A stretch of DNA of 64,000 bases, taken from the NCBI GenBank assembly GCA_046048995.1, contig JBJOEZ010000006.1:12606-76605 (forward strand), written 5' to 3'. A program made the position numbers and the translations under genes. Of the stretch, positions 8,572 to 16,397 are shown in pieces. The notes under the pieces were generated by a model. The model was not told where the DNA came from, searched no databases, and saw only the letters and a program-made list of their open reading frames with translations. Source of the DNA: Verrucomicrobiota bacterium. GTDB lineage: Bacteria; Verrucomicrobiota; Verrucomicrobiia; Limisphaerales; JADJPG01. Position 1 is the first letter of the stretch. Every line of letters starts with the position of its first letter.

Positions 8572-10155
8572 TCAGGCTTCGACCAAATCGGCCTGGCGCC
8601 GGCCGGCTGCCCCGGCCGTCCGGGTTGCGCCCGGCTGGGCAGCCTTGTCCTGATGGAGGGTGTCGGCGGCAATCCAGCCGCTCATGAGGACCATGGGCAT
8701 GCCCGGCCCGGGATGGGCGGCGCCGCCCGCGAGATACAGGCCCTCGAGATCCGGGGAACGATTCCCGGGCTTGAAGGCGCCGAGGAACCGGCCATGGCTG
8801 GCCAGCCCGTAGATGGCGCCGTTCAGGACCTGGTAGCGGTCGTGGATGTCCTGCGGGGTGAGGGTGGCCTCGAAGACGATGCGGTCCTCGAGATCGGGCA
8901 TCTGCCCGGTGCTCTTGAGTTTCTCGATGATGACCTTCCGGTAGGCGGGCAGCATCTTCTTCCAGTCGTGGTGCGGGCGCAGGTAGGGGGTGTGGACCAG
9001 TACGTAGAGGGCCTCGCCGCCGGCCGGGGCGGTGGCCGGCTCGCTGCAGGTCGTGGCGGCCAGGTAGCAGGTCGGATCCGGCGCCGGCTCGCCCCGCTTG
9101 TAAATCCAGTCGAACTCCTCCTCGGGATCGCGGCTGAACACGAAGTCGTGGTGGGCCAGGTGGTCATAGCGCTTCTTGAGACCGAGGTAGAGGACCACCC
9201 CGGAACAGGCGGGCTCGTATTCCCGGCGGGCATCGAAGCGGGCGCCGATCGAGCCATTGATGAGCTCGCGATGGGTGCGGACCGAGTCGCAATTGGACAC
9301 CACGGCCCGGAGGGGAATCTCCTCGCCGGTGCTGGTGCGGACGCCGGTGACGCGGCCCTTGTCGGTCAGGATCTTGGCCACCTGGGTGCCGGTCCGGATC
9401 TCGACGCCGAGCTCGCGGGCGAGTTTCTCGAGGGCCAGGGGGACGGCGCGGGTGCCGCCCATCGGATACCAGATGCCCTCGCTGGTCTGCATGTGGGCGA
9501 TGCCGCAGAGGACCGCCGGGGACCCGTAGGGGGAACTGCCCACATACTGGGTGAAGTGGTCCATCATCTGGGCCACGCGGGCGTCGGGGGTGAAGGCCCG
9601 CACCGTGCCGGCGACGCTGCGGCCCATGCGCATGGCGAGGACGTCGCCGAGCACCTTGGGATCGAAGCTGGTCTTGAGGTCGAACATGTCGCGCAGGCCG
9701 CCGATCGACTTGTAGAAGAAGTGGCGGTGGGAGATGTCGTTGAGGCGTTCGCTGAGCTGGAGGAAGTCGAGGTAGCGCTGGCCGGAACCCGTGCCCGGGG
9801 CGAAGCGCTCCAGCTCGCCGGTCATGGTCTCGGGATCCTGCATCAGGTTCAGGACCGAGCCGTCCTCGAAGAAACAGCGCCACTGCGGATCCAGCCGGAC
9901 CATGTCGAGGTAATCCTCCATGCGGCGGTCGGCCTCGGCGAAGATGCGCCGGAGGACGGACGGGATGGTGACGATGGTGGGGCCCATGTCGAAGCGGAAG
10001 CCCGCGCCCTCCAGCCGGGCGGCCTTGCCGCCGAGCCATTCGTTGCGTTCGAGGAGGAGAACCTGGTAACCGCGCGCGGCCAGGGTGCAAGCGGCCGCCA
10101 GGCCGGCCAAGCCGCCGCCAATGACGCCAATGTGCTCTTTCGTGTTCTTGCTCAT
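8572..10155 (-). CDS. CrtI-family carotenoid desaturase/oxygenase (CrtP- or CrtD-like)
   Basis: The N-terminal FAD fold is HIGVIGGGLAGLAAACTLAARGYQVLLLERNEWLGGKA. The C-terminal CrtI-type block is GLYLAGGAAHPGPGMPMVLMSG. The ATG at 10155 forms an ATGA overlap with the aldehyde dehydrogenase stop. The track extension to 10326 lacks any family-like sequence. Confidence 0.85.
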   Translation of the reverse strand: MSKNTKEHIGVIGGGLAGLAAACTLAARGYQVLLLERNEWLGGKAARLEGAGFRFDMGPTIVTIPSVLRRIFAEADRRMEDYLDMVRLDPQWRCFFEDGSVLNLMQDPETMTGELERFAPGTGSGQRYLDFLQLSERLNDISHRHFFYKSIGGLRDMFDLKTSFDPKVLGDVLAMRMGRSVAGTVRAFTPDARVAQMMDHFTQYVGSSPYGSPAVLCGIAHMQTSEGIWYPMGGTRAVPLALEKLARELGVEIRTGTQVAKILTDKGRVTGVRTSTGEEIPLRAVVSNCDSVRTHRELINGSIGARFDARREYEPACSGVVLYLGLKKRYDHLAHHDFVFSRDPEEEFDWIYKRGEPAPDPTCYLAATTCSEPATAPAGGEALYVLVHTPYLRPHHDWKKMLPAYRKVIIEKLKSTGQMPDLEDRIVFEATLTPQDIHDRYQVLNGAIYGLASHGRFLGAFKPGNRSPDLEGLYLAGGAAHPGPGMPMVLMSGWIAADTLHQDKAAQPGATRTAGAAGRRQADLVEA

Positions 10156-11744
10156 GCTGTGTCTTTCGGGGATGTCATGCGCCGGCGACCCAGGGTCATG
10201 AGGCGGCGCAACGCCGCCCCGCGCCCCCGGCCCGGCCCATGGAGGAATTGAAGGAATGCCGCAAACAAATCCGCGTCGCCCATCGCCGCGGGGTCCAGGT
10301 GCGGACGCCAGCGCGCCCGGTTCCACTGGATCACCTTGGGCGTGGTCATCTCGAGCAGGCCCTCGGCGCCGCGCGTGACCCCGAACCCGCTGCGGCCGCG
10401 CCCGCCAAACGGGAGGCGCGGGTCGGCCGTGGGGGCCACCATGTCGTTCACCACCACGCCGCCGGCGCGCACGCGCCCGGCCAGCGCCCGGGCCGCCGCC
10501 TCGTCGCGCCCGAACACCGTGGCTCCCAGCGCATAGGGGGACTCCGCCGCCAGGGCGAGGGCCTCGTCATCGCCGTCCACCGCGACCACGCTCAGCACGG
10601 AGGCAAAGACATCCTCGCGCAGCAGGGCTGAACCGCGCGGCACTCCGGCCAGCACCAGGGGCAGCTGCAGGGCGCCGTCGGGGGCGAGGGATCCGGCCAC
10701 GAGGTGAGCCCCGCCGGCCAGGGCCTCCTCAACCAGGGGACGCACGCGGTCGGCGGCCGGGCCGCGGAGGGCGAAGGACGACGACGCGCCGAGGGCGCGG
10801 GCCAGGCGGCCCTCCAGTTCCGTGGCGAGGGAGCGGGGAACAAAGAGCCGGCGCGGGCCGATGCAGGTGGCCCCGCCGTTGAGCTGCAGGCCGAAGGAGA
10901 CGCTGCGCGTGACCAGGTCCAGGTCGGCGTCCGCCCGGACGAACACGGCGTCGCAGCCGCTCAGTTCCATGGTGGAAGGCGTGAGGCGGGGGGCGATTTG
11001 GGCAAGGATGCGGGCGCCGGTGTCGGCGCTGCCGGTGAACACGACCTTGTCGACCCCGGCGCCGAGGGCGGCCTGGGCGGCCTCGGTGGTGTCAGGCAGC
11101 ACCTGGGCGAGGTCGGGGTCGAGCCCGGCCTGATGGAGGAGATCGACGAAGAGGCGCACCGGGGTGGCGCTGCCGGGGGCGGGCTTGAGGAGGACGGCAT
11201 TGCCGGCGGCGAGGGCCTGGAGGGCCTGCACACCGGCGAGGAAGAGGGGATAGTTGCCCGGGCCGATGACGAGGACGACGCCGAAGGGTTCCCGGCGCAC
11301 TTCCGAGCCAATACCGCCCAGCCAAAGGGGGCGGGACCAGAGGCCCGGGCGGCGGGGGCGGAGGAGTCGGGCCGCCTCGCGCTCGAGGAACCGGCAGGCG
11401 GCGGCCAAGGGGAGCACCTCGGCGGTGAGGGCCTCGGCGGCGGGCCGTTGCCGGCAGGCGGCGGAGGCCTCGGCCAGGCGAAGCCCGGCCTCGGCAAAGA
11501 GATGGCGCGCGCGGCGAACAACGTGGAGCCGGGCCGCCAGGGGGGAGGCGGCCCACCGTCCCTGGGACCGGCGGGCCTTGGCAAGAATGGTGGCGATGGA
11601 ATCGGCGCGATCGGTCATGGCCGGACGAGACGCCGGGGCGTCCTGGACATCCGGGGCAGGCGAAGACTCCGGACCAGGGCGGGCAACGCCACGGTCGGAG
11701 GCTGCGTCCACCGCGAGGGATGACCAGGACGGCGCGACATTCAT
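10152..11744 (-). CDS. Aldehyde dehydrogenase (carotenoid aldehyde dehydrogenase by context)
   Basis: ALDH motifs are VVFTGSADTG, the general-base block MELSGCDAVFV, and the catalytic Cys in LNGGATCIGPRRLFV. The start at 11744 forms an ATGA overlap with the upstream stop at 11741. The track extension to 12296 overlaps the upstream gene and is rejected. Confidence 0.85.
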   Translation of the reverse strand: MNVAPSWSSLAVDAASDRGVARPGPESSPAPDVQDAPASRPAMTDRADSIATILAKARRSQGRWAASPLAARLHVVRRARHLFAEAGLRLAEASAACRQRPAAEALTAEVLPLAAACRFLEREAARLLRPRRPGLWSRPLWLGGIGSEVRREPFGVVLVIGPGNYPLFLAGVQALQALAAGNAVLLKPAPGSATPVRLFVDLLHQAGLDPDLAQVLPDTTEAAQAALGAGVDKVVFTGSADTGARILAQIAPRLTPSTMELSGCDAVFVRADADLDLVTRSVSFGLQLNGGATCIGPRRLFVPRSLATELEGRLARALGASSSFALRGPAADRVRPLVEEALAGGAHLVAGSLAPDGALQLPLVLAGVPRGSALLREDVFASVLSVVAVDGDDEALALAAESPYALGATVFGRDEAAARALAGRVRAGGVVVNDMVAPTADPRLPFGGRGRSGFGVTRGAEGLLEMTTPKVIQWNRARWRPHLDPAAMGDADLFAAFLQFLHGPGRGRGAALRRLMTLGRRRMTSPKDTA

Positions 11745-13360
11745 GAGGGACGCCGGGTGGAAAGACCGAAGAACATCGCGGCGGCGTGCAGGAGGCTGGA
11801 TTTCTCCGCGGTGGCCATCTCGTGCCCGCCGCGCGGGGCGATCTCCAGCTGGGGGGAGGCGGGTTCGCCCAGGCCCGCGCCGGGCACGCCGAGGTCCTGG
11901 AGCAGGAGGCGTGAGCTGATGCGGGCGCTCTCGAAGATCACGGGCAGGCCGCTGCCGGGATGGGTGCCGCCCCCGACGAGATACATGCCGTCGAGGTCCT
12001 CGAAGCGGTTGTGCGGCCGCAGGTGCAGCATCTGGTCGAGGGAATGGGCGAGGTTGAAGGTGGCCCCGCGGTAGACCTCGTAGCGCTGGTCCCAGTCGGC
12101 CGGGGTGATGATGCGCTCGTAGCGGACGCGCTTCTCCAGTCCCGCGTAGCCGGCGGCGCCGATGCGGTCGTAGAGGAGCCGCCGGAAGCGGGCCTTCTCG
12201 CGGTTCCAGTCGATGTTCGGATGCTGGTGGGAGACCGGCGAGAGGATGTAGAGGGCGCTGTGTCCCCGGGGGGCCAGGGTGGGGTCGGTGACGCACGCGT
12301 TCTGGACGTAGAAGCTGGGGTCCTCGCTGAGGACGTGGCGCGACTCGATGTCCTCCAGGTTGCCCGCGTAGTCCTTGGCGATGTGGATGGTGTGATGGGG
12401 CAGGTCGAAGGTGCCCTCGACCCCGACATACATCATGAAAGTGGAGCAGGAGTATTTCTTCCTGGCGAGCCGGGCATTGGTCCAGCGGCGGCGCAGGTGG
12501 TCGGGGACGAGGCGTTCCATGGCGCGGGCGAAGTCGGCGTTGACGACGACGGCATCGGCGCGATGGGTGGAGGAGGCGGTGACGACGCCGGTGGCGCGAC
12601 GGCCGGTGAACAGGATTTCCTCGACCGGCTGGTTGAGGCAGATCTCGACGCCGAGGCGGCGGGCAACCCGGGCCATGGCCTCGGAGACGGCGGCGCAGCC
12701 CCCGATGGGGTGCCAGACCCCGTGTTCATACTCGAGGAAGCTGAGGATGCTGAACAGGCTGGGGCAGCGGAACGGCGACATGCCGAGGTATTTCGACTGG
12801 AAGCAGAAGGCCAGCCGGACCCGCTCATCCTTGAAGAAGCGCTTGAGATAGGTTTCGACCGACTGGTGGGGCCGGAGCATGGGGAGCATGCGGAGGAGGC
12901 GGCCCTGGGCCAGGTCCCCCCAGCCGAGGAACGGTCTTTCCAGGCACGGCTCCATGGCGGCGAGCTTGGCGCGGTTCTCATCCAGGAAACGCCGAAAACC
13001 CGGGACATCCCCGGGCGACAGGGCGGCGATCCCCTGCTCCATGCGTTCCACGTCCGGCGTGCAATCCAGCTGGCCGCCCTGTCCGAACTGGATGCGGTAC
13101 TGGGGATCCAGGCGCACCATGGGAACCTCGGCGCGGAGCGTCGTGCCGGCCGCCCGGAAAATCTCGTCGAGGACCCGGGGGTAGAGGAAGAAGGTGGGCC
13201 CGAGGTCGAACTTGTAGCCGTCCGCCTCGATGCGGGAGGTGCGGCCGCCCACGATGGGGAGGCGCTCGAGGACCTTGACCTTGACGCCGGCGGCCGCCAG
13301 CAGGATGGCGGAGGCCAGGCCGCCGGGACCGGCGCCGATGACGATGACTTGTTTGCTCAT
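11741..13360 (-). CDS. CrtI-family phytoene/dehydrosqualene desaturase (CrtI/CrtN-like)
   Basis: The FAD fold is VIVIGAGPGGLASAILLAAAGVKVKVLERLPIVGGR. The C-terminal block is MYLVGGGTHPGSGLPVIFESA. It is the first biosynthetic gene after the sigma factor, with a 22-nt gap. Confidence 0.85.
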   Translation of the reverse strand: MSKQVIVIGAGPGGLASAILLAAAGVKVKVLERLPIVGGRTSRIEADGYKFDLGPTFFLYPRVLDEIFRAAGTTLRAEVPMVRLDPQYRIQFGQGGQLDCTPDVERMEQGIAALSPGDVPGFRRFLDENRAKLAAMEPCLERPFLGWGDLAQGRLLRMLPMLRPHQSVETYLKRFFKDERVRLAFCFQSKYLGMSPFRCPSLFSILSFLEYEHGVWHPIGGCAAVSEAMARVARRLGVEICLNQPVEEILFTGRRATGVVTASSTHRADAVVVNADFARAMERLVPDHLRRRWTNARLARKKYSCSTFMMYVGVEGTFDLPHHTIHIAKDYAGNLEDIESRHVLSEDPSFYVQNACVTDPTLAPRGHSALYILSPVSHQHPNIDWNREKARFRRLLYDRIGAAGYAGLEKRVRYERIITPADWDQRYEVYRGATFNLAHSLDQMLHLRPHNRFEDLDGMYLVGGGTHPGSGLPVIFESARISSRLLLQDLGVPGAGLGEPASPQLEIAPRGGHEMATAEKSSLLHAAAMFFGLSTRRPS

Positions 13361-13382
13361 GAGATGGGGGTAGGGGTCGGGC

Positions 13383-14444
13383 TCAGGCCGTCATGGCGAA
13401 CGATTCGCGTTCCTCCATGAGGGTCCGCAGGCGGCCGAGGGCGAGGTTCTGGAGCTGGCGGATACGCTCCCGGGTCAGGCCCATCATGGCCCCGATGTCC
13501 TCCAGGGTCCGCTCCGTGCCGCCATCGAGGCCGAATCGCAGGCGGAGAATCTGGGCTTCGCGGGCCGGCAGCTTGGGCAGTTGCTCGCGCAGCAGGTCGA
13601 GCTGGGACTCGCGGTCAAGCTCGGCCCCGGGCAGCTGGGCGTTTTCGTCCGCAATCACCTCGGAGAGCCGGCTGGAATCGTCGTCCCCCAGCGGCGCGTC
13701 CAACGAGGCCGGGCGCAGCGACGCCACCCGCAACTCGCCAATGCGGTCCGAGGAAAGACCGAGTTCATCAGCCAATTCCCGCTCCGTCGCATCCCGGCCC
13801 AGCTGCTCGCGCAGCCGCAGCTCCGCCCGGCTCATGTGATACACCTGGTCGGCGGCGTAGACCGGCAGGCGGATGGTTTTGCCCTGCGTGGCCAGCGCGC
13901 GCCGGATGCTCTGGCGAATCCACCAGGAACTGTAGGTCGACAACTTGGCCCCCTTGCGCGGGTCAAACCGGTCCACCGCAATCATCAGCCCGATGTTGCC
14001 CTCGTTGATCAAGTCCAGCAGGGGCAGGCCGAGGTGTTCATATTCCCGGGCGATCTTGATGACAAAGCGGAGGTTGGCCCGAATCATGTGTTCCCGGGCG
14101 GCAGCGTCACCCCGGCGAATCCGCTTGGCCAGCTGAATTTCCTCCTGGGCCGTCAACAACGGCACCTGGCCGGCATCCCTCATGTAGAGGGAAAGCGGGG
14201 AACTGAGCTCGGGGGTAGGCAGCGAGACCGCAGCCGCCTTGGCCACCGGGGTCGCCTTGGCCACCTTGGCCGGCGCCGGGGAGGGAGCGGGGACAGCCCC
14301 CCGGCCCGCCGCCAGTTTCGCAGCCCGGGCCTTGGGCGTCAGGGTCCGGGCATTGCAGGTCAGTTGGATTTGGAGGCTACGACGCGCACCATTTTTCGAG
14401 GCAACGCGGACCTTCTTGGGCAGGCGGGCTTGGGAGCGGCTCAT
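13383..14444 (-). CDS. Sigma-70 family RNA polymerase sigma factor (regions 2-4 present, no region 1.1)
   Basis: Region 2 reads LIRANLRFVIKIAREY...DLINEGNIGLMIAVDRFDPRKGAKLSTYSSWWIRQSI. Region 4 reads LPAREAQILRLRFGL...TLEDIGAMMGLTRERIRQLQNLAL. The N-terminus is basic and Ala/Pro/Lys-rich. Confidence 0.85.
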   Translation of the reverse strand: MSRSQARLPKKVRVASKNGARRSLQIQLTCNARTLTPKARAAKLAAGRGAVPAPSPAPAKVAKATPVAKAAAVSLPTPELSSPLSLYMRDAGQVPLLTAQEEIQLAKRIRRGDAAAREHMIRANLRFVIKIAREYEHLGLPLLDLINEGNIGLMIAVDRFDPRKGAKLSTYSSWWIRQSIRRALATQGKTIRLPVYAADQVYHMSRAELRLREQLGRDATERELADELGLSSDRIGELRVASLRPASLDAPLGDDDSSRLSEVIADENAQLPGAELDRESQLDLLREQLPKLPAREAQILRLRFGLDGGTERTLEDIGAMMGLTRERIRQLQNLALGRLRTLMEERESFAMTA

Positions 14445-14520
14445 AATCGTGTTTTGTTGCGGGTTAGGGATTCAGGCTTCCAAACGTGCAGGGCTATGAC
14501 AGAGCTAGATTTGTGTTCAG

Positions 14521-14549
14521 ATAATGTCTACGTTTTGTTTATATGTCAA
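14521..14549 (-). promoter_or_regulatory. Candidate sigma-70-type promoter of the sigma/carotenoid operon: TTGACA-N17-CATTAT
   Basis: The reverse complement of 14521-14550 reads gTTGACAtataaacaaaacgtagaCATTAT. This gives a perfect -35, a 17-nt spacer and a 4/6 -10. It lies about 75-105 nt upstream of the sigma ATG (14444), in the only AT-rich stretch of the window. Confidence 0.5.
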
Positions 14550-14575
14550 CACTTTGTCTATAAAATGTTGATGTT
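14524..14575. promoter_or_regulatory. Cluster of five 11-bp-phased direct repeats nTGTnnAnnTn (candidate CarH/LitR operator) over the -35/spacer/-10
   Basis: The repeats are aTGTctAcgTt (14524), tTGTttAtaTg (14535), aTGTcaAcaCt (14543), tTGTctAtaAa (14554) and aTGTtgAtgTt (14565). Three match fully and two lack the final T. The register is 11 bp, with one 8-bp step. Confidence 0.4.
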
Positions 14576-14669
14576 TGAAAAAGCATTTTCAAATGACTGA
14601 CTGACAAGCATTTAAATTATGAATAAACCTATCGGAAACTGAAAACGAAACTTGATTTACGAAACCGTA

Positions 14670-14691
14670 ATGTCTACTCTTTGTCTATCTA
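14670..14691. promoter_or_regulatory. Second pair of the same 11-bp direct repeats, immediately upstream of the regulator start codon
   Basis: The repeats are aTGTctActCt (14670) and tTGTctAtcTa (14681). They end 2 nt before ATG 14694. Confidence 0.3.
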
Positions 14692-14693
14692 AC

Positions 14694-15668
14694 ATGAGTG
14701 ACGTTGGACATTCGATGAAGTGGGTGGCGCGGCGCACGGGATTGAGTGCGCATGTCATCCGCGTATGGGAGCGGCGTTACGGGGCGGTGGCGCCGCTGCG
14801 GACGGGCACGAATCGTCGGCGTTACTCGGAGGCGGACATTGAGCGGCTGTATCTGCTGCGGCGGCTGACGGAAGTGGGGCACAGCATTGGGGACATTGCG
14901 GCGCTGCCCTTGGATCGCCTGCAGGCGATGGGAGCTGGATTGCCGCCGAACGGGCATGCGACGGAGCTGCCGGCGAAGGTTTTGGGGAAGCCCCGGGCCC
15001 TGCCGGCGGCGGCAGACCCTGCGCCCCTGCTGCTGAAGCAATGCCTGGCCGCGGTGCAGGCCTTGGATGCCGAGGCCCTGAAGGGGGCCCTGGCTGAGGC
15101 GGGAGTGTTGTTGGGCAGCCAGGGATTGCTGCAACGGGTGATTGCCCCGCTGGCCCAGAAAGTGGGCGAACTCTGGCGGGAAGGCGTCATCACGGCTGCC
15201 CATGAACATTTTGCGACCGCCGTGCTCCGCACGATCCTGAGTCATTCCATGAAGCCCTTTGCGGCGGTGCCGGGGGCGCCGGTGCTGGTGGTGGCGACGC
15301 CGGCGGGGCAACTGCACGAGCTGGGCGCCCTGCTCGTGGCCTCGGCCGCCTCAAACCTGGGGTGGCGCATCCTCTATCTGGGCGCGGCCCTCCCGGCCGC
15401 CGAGATTGCCGGGGCGGTCCGCCAAAGCGGCGCGCGGGCCCTGGCGTTGAGCCTGGTTTATCCCGAGGAGGATGCGGACCTGCCCGCGGAACTGCTGCGC
15501 CTGCGCGAGTTGCTCCCGGCCGGCCTGCCGGTACTGGCGGGCGGCCGGGCCATGACCGCCTACCGCGGCGCCCTGCAGCAAATGGGCGCCCTCCAGATCG
15601 GCGACCTCAACGACCTTTGCACGAAACTGGACGACATCCGAACCCAGTCCCGTCCTTTCCCCGCTTGA
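14694..15668 (+). CDS. carH: MerR-family, B12-binding light-sensing transcriptional regulator (CarH/LitR type)
   Basis: The MerR HTH is WVARRTGLSAHVIRVWERRYGAVAPLRTGTNRRRYSEADIERL. A Wx9EH motif (WREGVITAAHEH, nt 15174-15209) sits in the helical-bundle region. The Rossmann B12 motif is GQLHELG (His codon 15315-15317), followed by LSLVY and LAGG. The start is ambiguous between 14652 TTG, 14670, 14694 and 14715. I chose 14694 by alignment of the HTH with remembered CarH N-termini. Confidence 0.8.
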   Translation: MSDVGHSMKWVARRTGLSAHVIRVWERRYGAVAPLRTGTNRRRYSEADIERLYLLRRLTEVGHSIGDIAALPLDRLQAMGAGLPPNGHATELPAKVLGKPRALPAAADPAPLLLKQCLAAVQALDAEALKGALAEAGVLLGSQGLLQRVIAPLAQKVGELWREGVITAAHEHFATAVLRTILSHSMKPFAAVPGAPVLVVATPAGQLHELGALLVASAASNLGWRILYLGAALPAAEIAGAVRQSGARALALSLVYPEEDADLPAELLRLRELLPAGLPVLAGGRAMTAYRGALQQMGALQIGDLNDLCTKLDDIRTQSRPFPA

Positions 15669-15874
15669 AAACCTTCTTCACCCCCAACATTTCCGGCAAG
15701 GGCCGCCTCGTGCGCGGCCTGGGCGCCCTGGCCCTCCTCATCGGGGCCGGCTTTGGCTTCACCGTGTCCCCCTGGCTGGGTGCCGTGCTTTTAATTTCCG
15801 GCGCCTTCGTGGCCTTTGAGGCCCTGCGCGGGTGGTGCGTGATGCGCGCCTGCGGCATCAAGACCAAGCTCTGA
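15665..15874 (+). CDS. Small DUF2892 (YgaP-like) two-TM membrane protein
   Basis: The TTG start overlaps the carH TGA stop (TTGA, 15665-15668). The sequence NISGKGRLVRGLGALALLIGAGFGF...GWCVMRACGIKTKL matches my recollection of the DUF2892 pattern. Confidence 0.6.
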   Translation: MKTFFTPNISGKGRLVRGLGALALLIGAGFGFTVSPWLGAVLLISGAFVAFEALRGWCVMRACGIKTKL

Positions 15875-15956
15875 AACCCGCACCCGCACCGCCCAACCCG
15901 CTTACGCGGGTTGCTACGCTGTAGCAGCGGACGTCAGTCCGCTGAGGCCCCGCCCC
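15875..15956. repeat. Solo copy of the structured repeat seen at 1318-1568
   Basis: It has the same three hairpins: caacccgc-ttac-gcgggttg, gttgctac-gct-gtagcagc and cagcggac-gtca-gtccgctg. The last stem carries a compensatory A>G / T>C pair relative to the tandem copies. Confidence 0.75.
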
Positions 15957-16055
15957 CTGGAGGAGGTCTTCGCCTTCTTTTCCGACGCCCACAACCTGCA
16001 GGATCCCACCCCGCCCTGGGTTCATTTCCAGGTCCTGACCCCCGCCCCGCTTGCC

Positions 16056-16385
16056 ATGCGCGCCGGGACGCTCATCGACTACCGCATCCGCATCCATGGC
16101 TTCCCCATCCGGTGGCGCACGGAAATCCAGGACTGGTCGCCCCCGCACCAGTTCGTCGATGTGCAGTTGCGCGGGCCCTACCTCCTCTGGCACCACACCC
16201 ACACCTTCGAGGCGCGCGACGGGTGGACCCTGTGCCGGGAAGTCGTCCGCTACCGGCCCTTCGGCGGCGCGCTCATCCACCGGCTGTTTGTCCGCCGCGA
16301 CGTGGAGCGCATCTTCGCCTTCCGGCGGGACCGGCTCGCCGCCCTCTTTCACGCCGTTCGCCCCGCCGCCGCCCCCGCAGCCTGA
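16056..16385 (+). CDS. SRPBCC (cyclase/dehydrase, START-like) family protein, apparently 5'-truncated
   Basis: The family-like core is GTLIDYRIRIHGFPIRWRTEIQDWSPPHQFVDVQLRGPYLLWHHTHTFE. Family-like sequence (PLEEVFAFFSDAHNL...) continues in frame upstream to 15954 without any ATG/GTG/TTG. This may be a pseudogene or may use a CTG start. Confidence 0.5.
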   Translation: MRAGTLIDYRIRIHGFPIRWRTEIQDWSPPHQFVDVQLRGPYLLWHHTHTFEARDGWTLCREVVRYRPFGGALIHRLFVRRDVERIFAFRRDRLAALFHAVRPAAAPAA

Positions 16386-16397
16386 GCGGCGGACCCC

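Noticed and set aside
10156-12296. Upstream extensions of track ORFs: 8572-10326, 10152-12296, 45283-47097, 43558-44766 and 44399-45532
   Set aside because: The extensions overlap the preceding well-supported gene and are Arg/Pro/Gly-rich artefact sequence. They are made unnecessary by internal ATG starts that give ATGA overlaps or short gaps and family-typical N-termini.
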